From Terriglobales bacterium (GTDB lineage Bacteria > Acidobacteriota > Terriglobia > Terriglobales > SCQP01), in contig JBOGKX010000012.1 of the NCBI GenBank assembly GCA_050746125.1, forward strand, positions 28,575 through 92,574: a stretch of DNA of 64,000 nucleotides. Direction: 5' to 3'. The position numbers and the translations under genes were made by a program. The notes below the pieces were generated by a model. It was not told the DNA's origin, made no database searches, and worked only from the letters and a program-made list of their open reading frames with translations. Of the stretch, positions 59,399 to 64,000 are shown piece after piece. Numbering within the stretch: the stretch's first letter is position 1; every line of letters begins with the position of its first letter.

Positions 59399-59755
59399 TT
59401 AAGACACGGCGGTGTGTTTTTGCGCCGGCGTCGCGCTGTCGGGGGACTCGAAAATTGGCGCCACGGCACGACCGGTACGAGTTGGCACACCTCGCCCACA
59501 GTGGCTACGATGCCACTTTCGGTGGAGGTGGTTGCCTGGACTAGCTACAGCGCCTGGGCGGTCACCGGCGCCGCGGAGATCTTGAGGCGGAGACTGGTCC
59601 CGAAGCGCCAGGCAGTGCGCGGCGGCGGCCTCGGCGCGAGAAATTGGGCGATCGGCGTGAATTACCCAAAAGCCGGCGGCCAGGTGGAGGGCCCGGCGGA
59701 TCGGCTTGGGGATGACAATGCGGCCCGCGGCATCGATTGGGACCTCGCTCTTCAT
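59399..59755 (-). CDS. SpoVT/AbrB-like N-terminal domain protein, possibly an orphan or degenerate antitoxin
   Basis: The first ~25 aa (MKSEVPIDAAGRIVIPKPIRRALHL) match the AbrB/MazE swapped-hairpin motif. The remaining ~90 aa are low-complexity and unrecognisable. No toxin gene follows. Confidence 0.4.
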   Translation of the reverse strand: MKSEVPIDAAGRIVIPKPIRRALHLAAGFWVIHADRPISRAEAAAAHCLALRDQSPPQDLRGAGDRPGAVASPGNHLHRKWHRSHCGRGVPTRTGRAVAPIFESPDSATPAQKHTAVS

Positions 59756-59862
59756 TCATGCCATTTTTACCTCGCGCATCTCCCCCTGCGCTCGTTGCGA
59801 TGCCGGAGCGTAGTGCTTGCCTGGCGGCATAGAGAATCGGCCACATTCGGGCCTCTCGCAAG

Positions 59863-60318
59863 CTAGCGTAGCCAGCGGCCGAGGATGAGGGCCTCGAGGC
59901 CGGGGAGTCGGGCGAAGGCGGAATCGTTGGTCACGATCGCGGTGGCGCCGGCGGCCTCGGCGGTGGCAGCTTGCAGGGCGTCGGGCGTCCGCAGCCGCCA
60001 CTGGGCACGGAGGCGCGCGGCGCGGTCGGCGATGTCGAGGTCGGGTGCCAGCCAACGGAGTCCGGGGAGCATGGTCGCGGCCGCAAAGATGGCATCGACC
60101 CGCGGCTCGTCGCCGGCACGGTAAGCCGGGATGAGCAGTTCGGTCATGGTAATGCTCGAGGTAACTCCTGCCGTTTTGCCGCTGGCGATGAGTTCGAGCG
60201 CGGCGTTGGCCAACGCGCCAAAGCGCCGGTCGCTTTCGAGATGGTAGATCAGCACGTTCGTGTCGAGCGCCAGGAGGCGATGGCGGAGCAGCCGCGCTCG
60301 CCATTCGACTAGTCCCAC
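59863..60318 (-). CDS. vapC: PIN-domain ribonuclease toxin VapC
   Basis: ALDTNVLIY, TMTELL and IVTNDSAF give the acidic residues of a PIN domain. GTG start at 60318 overlaps the vapB stop by 10 nt. The upstream part of the 282-aa track ORF overlaps vapB out of frame. Confidence 0.85.
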   Translation of the reverse strand: MGLVEWRARLLRHRLLALDTNVLIYHLESDRRFGALANAALELIASGKTAGVTSSITMTELLIPAYRAGDEPRVDAIFAAATMLPGLRWLAPDLDIADRAARLRAQWRLRTPDALQAATAEAAGATAIVTNDSAFARLPGLEALILGRWLR

Positions 60319-60530
60319 GCGCGCCGTTCCCGTTTCACGTAATTGCGGCCGTAGAGGCCTTTGCCCAGGCCGCGCAGCGCCGCGACGAGATCGTCGGGAC
60401 GCTTCAGGACTAGGGCGCGGTTTCCGCGCAGTACGAACTGGACGAGATCGCCGGGTTTGAGACCCAGCGCCCGCCGCGCGGCGGCCGGGATGACGATTTG
60501 GTTCTTCGAGGACAATTTCGCCACGGGCAT
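60309..60530 (-). CDS. vapB: AbrB/SpoVT-type antitoxin VapB
   Basis: 73 aa. Contains MPVAKLSSKNQIVIPAAARRALGLKPGDLVQFVLRGNRALVLKRP. Confidence 0.85.
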   Translation of the reverse strand: MPVAKLSSKNQIVIPAAARRALGLKPGDLVQFVLRGNRALVLKRPDDLVAALRGLGKGLYGRNYVKRERRAWD

Positions 60531-60557
60531 GCTTTACATTATATGAAAAAGTAAAGC
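60531..60557 (-). promoter_or_regulatory. vapBC promoter/operator: a 7-bp inverted repeat bracketing a TATAAT box
   Basis: The minus strand reads GCTTTAC-tttttca-TATAAT-GTAAAGC-ATG. The perfect -10 hexamer ends 7 nt before the vapB ATG, which suggests a leaderless mRNA. The inverted repeat is gctttac/gtaaagc. Confidence 0.5.
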
Positions 60558-61075
60558 GAGGGCCAGCTGTCAAGCGCAAGGCCGCTGGCATCAAGCCGGG
60601 CGGCGCGGGCAAGACCACCGTGATGGCCGTATTGAAGCGGGGCGGCGAGATCCGCACCCGCGTCATCGCCGACCGCACCGCCGAGATCCTGGACTTGGTC
60701 GTGAAGGCCAACGTGCACCGCGGATCCGAACTTTACACCGATGAGAACTCTGGCTACTTCGGGCTGGGCAAGGATTACGCCTACAACGTCATCGACCACG
60801 CTGTGTCCTACGTAGACGGCCAGATCTATGCCAAGGGTCTGGAGAATTTCTGGAGCCTGGTCAAGCGCGGCCTCGGGGGCACCTACGTATCCGTGGAACC
60901 GTTCCATCTGTTCCGCTACCTGGACGAACAGGGAATCCGTTACAACATCCGCAAGGACGGCGACCGCGGGATCACCGATGCCGAGCGGTTCCAGATCGCC
61001 ATGGGGCAAATCAGCGGGAAGCGCCTCACCTACGAAAAGCTGACCGGGAAGGAGGGGGAAACGGAAGCTTTTTAA
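60554..61075 (+). pseudogene. 5'-truncated IS1595-family (ISXO2-like DDE) transposase remnant
   Basis: GAGKTTVMAVLKRGGEIRTRVIADR...ELYTDENSGYFGL...GLENFWSLVKRG...RYLDEQGIRYNIRK...GKRLTYEKLTG matches the C-terminal two-thirds of IS1595 transposases. The second D and the E of the DDE triad are present. The N-terminal zinc-ribbon and first D region are absent, and the homologous frame starts right at the vapB promoter. Confidence 0.75.
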
Positions 61076-61196
61076 TCGGCCCCGTCAGAGTCGAGGCAGG
61101 CGTTTACCGACCGGCGTCGGGGGAACAGAGATCGGTTGACAGCGCCTTCGGCGCACGCCTAACGTCTAGGATAAGAAAGGCCGATACAATAGCGAT

Positions 61197-61451
61197 ATGG
61201 CTGCCCATCGAAAAGTTCGCCTGCCGGATGGCAAGGATTACGACAGCGTCGTCGTCGAATTCGAGCCCGAAAAGGAGAGCTTCAGCATCTACTTGCTGGA
61301 GGATGGGACGACCCTCAAAGTAAAGGCGGTTCTCACCGAAGTGTCGCGCGTCGAAGGTGCCTACCTTCCTAACGGCGACCCGCTCTACGCTATCCAGGCG
61401 GCGCAAATTCTCTCGGCTGTCGCGCCCGAGCACCTACGGAAAAAGGAGTAA
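61197..61451 (+). CDS. Hypothetical protein (84 aa), cassette ORF1
   Basis: A TACAAT hexamer (61185-61190) ends 6 nt before the ATG, and a TTGACA lies at 61136-61141. I recognise no family. Confidence 0.5.
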   Translation: MAAHRKVRLPDGKDYDSVVVEFEPEKESFSIYLLEDGTTLKVKAVLTEVSRVEGAYLPNGDPLYAIQAAQILSAVAPEHLRKKE

Positions 61452-61454
61452 CGC

Positions 61455-61877
61455 ATGTTCAGCCAAACTCCAGATCCGATTCTGGTCGAAATGCCAATAT
61501 GCATTATCGGTCAGCGCAATCAAGACCTGCCGCAGGTCGACCTCAAGCTGCAGGGAACCAATTGGGATTCCCTGCCGCCGACGTTTCCTAGTCTGTTTCC
61601 GGCAGCTCGCCACATGGTTGACCTCATCGTAGAAGCGCTTGGCAACGTGCCGCAGGTGAGGCGCGTCCTCATTGGCCGCTCCGGTGAGGTCTATCACGTC
61701 TGGACACTTACCGACAAGTGGACTGCCGAGTCTCGCCGCCAAATATACGACACTCAACTTGGCCTTTTAGACGATTTGCGCGGATTTTTGCTCGACTTTT
61801 ACGTCATTCGCTTGGACGCGAACGACGATGTTGACAGTGTCGCGGCTGGAATTCCGGTTGTTTTCGATAGGAAATAG
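61455..61877 (+). CDS. Hypothetical protein (140 aa), cassette ORF2
   Basis: The ATG lies 3 nt after the ORF1 stop and is preceded by AAGGAG at optimal spacing. I recognise no family. Confidence 0.6.
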   Translation: MFSQTPDPILVEMPICIIGQRNQDLPQVDLKLQGTNWDSLPPTFPSLFPAARHMVDLIVEALGNVPQVRRVLIGRSGEVYHVWTLTDKWTAESRRQIYDTQLGLLDDLRGFLLDFYVIRLDANDDVDSVAAGIPVVFDRK

Positions 61878-61885
61878 CAGCACCG

Positions 61886-62257
61886 GTGCCTCCGACAGAC
61901 AAGCACGTGCAGATTGCACGGGATAATGGGCATTTTCTGGTTGGACTCAATCCCGCGAACGGACCTGCGCGCGGCTGGGGCGCGACTGTGGCGTTTTATG
62001 AGGCCATCCACTGGGTAGAAGCTTTCTTCGCCAAGCAGCAGATCCATTCTGTTGATCATCGAACGCGCGATAGCGGGCTAGCGATGTTTGCGGAAACCAA
62101 GGGGATCTATAACGATTTTTCAGAACTGAAGACGTTCTCGATGAACGCGCGCTACCATGGGAAATATCCGACTCCGGAGGATTACAAATTGATCGTATTA
62201 CCGGCCCTGGAATCCGTTCAGAGGCAGATGTCCAAAGCGATTTCGCCGCACCCATGA
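61886..62257 (+). CDS. Hypothetical helical protein (123 aa), cassette ORF3
   Basis: The GTG start lies 8 nt after the ORF2 stop. The segment WGATVAFYEAIHWVEAFFAKQQIHSVDHRTRDSG looks like a helical nuclease/Abi-type core, but no canonical motif was identified. Confidence 0.55.
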   Translation: MPPTDKHVQIARDNGHFLVGLNPANGPARGWGATVAFYEAIHWVEAFFAKQQIHSVDHRTRDSGLAMFAETKGIYNDFSELKTFSMNARYHGKYPTPEDYKLIVLPALESVQRQMSKAISPHP

Positions 62258-62403
62258 GGAAGCCGAATCCGGCCATCGCCATCCCCGGCAAGACGGACTT
62301 CGAGCGGTTCCAGAACCTGGTTCATGCGGCGCTGAGCACGCCGCACACACCCGCTCCGAAGCTGCGGAAGCCAGCGAAGAAGCGGCGCAAGGCCCACCGC
62401 TAA
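62254..62403 (+). CDS. Small basic-tailed ORF (49 aa), cassette ORF4. It is not in the ORF track because it is under 60 aa.
   Basis: My own translation gives MRKPNPAIAIPGKTDFERFQNLVHAALSTPHTPAPKLRKPAKKRRKAHR*. The ATG overlaps the ORF3 stop (ATGA). Confidence 0.4.
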   Translation: MRKPNPAIAIPGKTDFERFQNLVHAALSTPHTPAPKLRKPAKKRRKAHR

Positions 62404-62451
62404 CGATTCCGGCCTGTCATGATCCCACGCTGCCGCCGGGGTCTTTATGCG

Positions 62452-63273
62452 TCACCTACCGGGGCGCTGGCGGTCGGCCAGAGCGGCGATGGCCCAGATG
62501 GCGATGAAGCCGAATACCAGGACCAGGCCGGCTAAGGGCAGGGTCTCTTTCAACCCGTAGGTCGCGAAACGGTCGTAGATCAAGATCGAGATCACGCGCG
62601 GGTTGTAGGCAAGGATCACCAGCGAGCCGAATTCGCTGATGGCTCGTGCCAGCATCAGAATGGCCCCGCTGACGATCGAGCCGCGCGCCAGCGGCAGGCT
62701 GACCCGCCAAAACGCGCCGCCCGGACCGTAGCCCAGGCTGCGCGCCAGCCCCTCGAGCTGCGGATCAACGCCGCGAAAGCCGTCGCGGCAAGCATGCACC
62801 AGATAGGGACATGCAATGAACAGCATCGCGCCGGTAATGCCCGTCGCCGTGCCCACAAAATGCAAATGGAGCGCGGCCAGCAGCTTGCCGGCGGCCGCTT
62901 GGCGCGCAAATAGCAGCAGCAGCGCGATGCCCACCACCGGGTGCGGAATCACCAGCGGCAGATCGAGCAGCGCTCGCAACAGCCCCTGGCCGCGAAAACG
63001 CCCGCGCGCCAGCACGTAGCCGAGCGGCACGGCCAGCAGCAAGCCGATCACGGTCGCCGTGCCGGCGGTCGCGAAGGTCAGCGCTAGCGAGGCGCGCACC
63101 TCGGGGTCGGCGAGCACCGTCGGCAAGCCGCCGGCCGAGGCGGCAAAGAGCCGCAGGATCGGCGCTGCCAGATACACCATCAGCAGCGCGGCGGGAAATA
63201 TTAGCCAGGCCGCCAGCGCGCTGGCGTGCACCGGGGCGCCCGAGGAACCGGGGGCGGAGGCGGAGGCGGCCAT
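62452..63273 (-). CDS. ABC transporter permease, molybdate/tungstate/sulfate (ModB/WtpB-like) type
   Basis: Polytopic protein with the permease EAA-like loop LARSLGYGPGGAFWRVSLPLARGSIVSG. The start is moved to MAASASAPG (ATG at 63273), 2 nt after the upstream gene's stop. Confidence 0.75.
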   Translation of the reverse strand: MAASASAPGSSGAPVHASALAAWLIFPAALLMVYLAAPILRLFAASAGGLPTVLADPEVRASLALTFATAGTATVIGLLLAVPLGYVLARGRFRGQGLLRALLDLPLVIPHPVVGIALLLLFARQAAAGKLLAALHLHFVGTATGITGAMLFIACPYLVHACRDGFRGVDPQLEGLARSLGYGPGGAFWRVSLPLARGSIVSGAILMLARAISEFGSLVILAYNPRVISILIYDRFATYGLKETLPLAGLVLVFGFIAIWAIAALADRQRPGR

Positions 63274-63275
63274 GG

Positions 63276-64000
63276 TTAGCTCTGACAGCGGGGCAAACTC
63301 GCGAGCCAACTTGCCAGCGCTGGCGGCGCCGCCCCCGGTTGGCCGGCGACGCAGGGCGGCGTGCGCGGCGGCTGGTCGGCGGCAGCGAGGGCCGCCGCGC
63401 CGCGCGGCGATGCCAGCAGGCGCAAAAATGCCAGCGCTCCATTCACGTTCGCCGCCGTCGCCGGAACCGTAATGCCATAGACGATCTCCGCCGCCATGTT
63501 GATCGCGGCCGGCAAGCGCACGTACCGTAGCCCGTGTTGCTCGGCCACCGAGCGGTATTCCCAGGCGTAGTCGAGTTGTCCGGCTTCGAGCAGGGCCAGC
63601 AGCGCCACCGACTGCGGACGCCGGTTCGCCGCCGGCACCGCCGCCTTGAGGCGCGCCGCCAGGTCCGGACGGTGGTAATAGCGGGCCGCCCGTTGCCAGG
63701 CCCGCAATGTGTTATAGCCCTCCGGATCCAGAGCGGGATCGGCGTAGCCGAAGGCGACGTCGGGGCGTAGAAGAATATCCATCCAATTGCCGGCATTGAT
63801 CTCGCCCGCCGCGCGCGACCGCGGCGTATAGGCAATGACCAGTTCGTTGCCGGCAAATTCCAGCCACCAGCGCGGCGCCCGCCGCCCGTGGGCGCCGGCG
63901 AAGAGGCTGGCATCGGCGAGCGCCAATAAGTCCATGCGCGGGCCGAGATCGAGCAACTGCCGCAGCAAGAAGCGGCTGCCGCCCGTTTCCGGCTCGAAAC
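63276..64000 (-). CDS. Molybdate/tungstate-type ABC substrate-binding protein (ModA/WtpA-like). Partial: the 5' end lies outside the window.
   Basis: The reading frame stays open up to position 64000 (…FEPETGGSRFLLRQLLDLGPRMDLLALAD…). That segment is the GS..L..Q-then-AD pattern of ModA-family proteins. The gene lies directly upstream of the permease. Confidence 0.65.
   Translation of the reverse strand, partial: FEPETGGSRFLLRQLLDLGPRMDLLALADASLFAGAHGRRAPRWWLEFAGNELVIAYTPRSRAAGEINAGNWMDILLRPDVAFGYADPALDPEGYNTLRAWQRAARYYHRPDLAARLKAAVPAANRRPQSVALLALLEAGQLDYAWEYRSVAEQHGLRYVRLPAAINMAAEIVYGITVPATAANVNGALAFLRLLASPRGAAALAAADQPPRTPPCVAGQPGAAPPALASWLASLPRCQS

Noticed and set aside
59318-59866. 182-aa + strand ORF in the islet
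   Set aside because: Its composition is implausible, and it overlaps the AbrB-like ORF on the other strand. It has no SD or start context and no recognisable domain.
61104-62291. Minus-strand ORFs (109, 107, 86 and 114 aa) antisense to the four-ORF cassette
   Set aside because: They lack ribosome-binding sites, overlap each other irregularly and have odd compositions. The plus-strand set has SD sequences and coupled junctions.

Overview
This is a high-GC, gene-dense bacterial chromosomal segment. The long arginine/alanine-rich 'shadow' ORFs in the six-frame track are typical of such DNA. The domain mix (BNR/Asp-box giant protein, Q/P-rich BON protein, planctomycete-type CxxCH proteins) suggests an Acidobacteriota-like organism, but that is inference only.

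About 65 genes can be supported, and most are housekeeping:
- purB, xerC and trmFO.
- thyX-like, pyrR, pyrB and pyrC.
- leuC and leuD.
- A long co-directional run: mlaE, mlaF, an aldo/keto reductase, nadC, birA, coaX and pruA.
- aroC, def and fmt.
- sdhCAB.
- A complete suf operon: sufB, sufC, sufD, sufS, sufU, sufT and an Rrf2 regulator.

Many true starts lie downstream of the ORF-track starts, and I re-derived them from conserved N-termini and start-codon context. Two edge genes are absent from the track because they run off the window: a D-aminoacylase-family gene at 1-1507 (-) and a ModA/WtpA-like binding protein at 63276-64000 (-).

The only clearly accessory stretch is a lower-GC islet at about 59.2-62.45 kb, between the suf promoter and a molybdate/tungstate-type ABC transporter. 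It holds, in order:
- an orphan AbrB-like ORF;
- a vapBC pair with an inverted-repeat operator;
- a 5'-truncated IS1595-family transposase;
- a tightly coupled four-ORF cassette (84, 140, 123 and 49 aa) with no family I can recognise. This cassette is my best candidate for an undescribed toxin-antitoxin or defence-type module.

Other items worth a second look:
- a membrane GAF-GGDEF-HD-GYP protein coupled to a small zinc-ribbon ORF;
- a four-BON-domain protein with a 201-bp tandem duplication in a Q/P-rich spacer;
- a fused double ThyX whose signature motif is split between its halves;
- a GAF / cytochrome c / TIM-barrel / Tat-signal operon;
- a NYN plus OST-HTH protein behind a structured 350-nt leader;
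- a palindrome in the sufB promoter.

I saw no rRNA, tRNA or CRISPR array.
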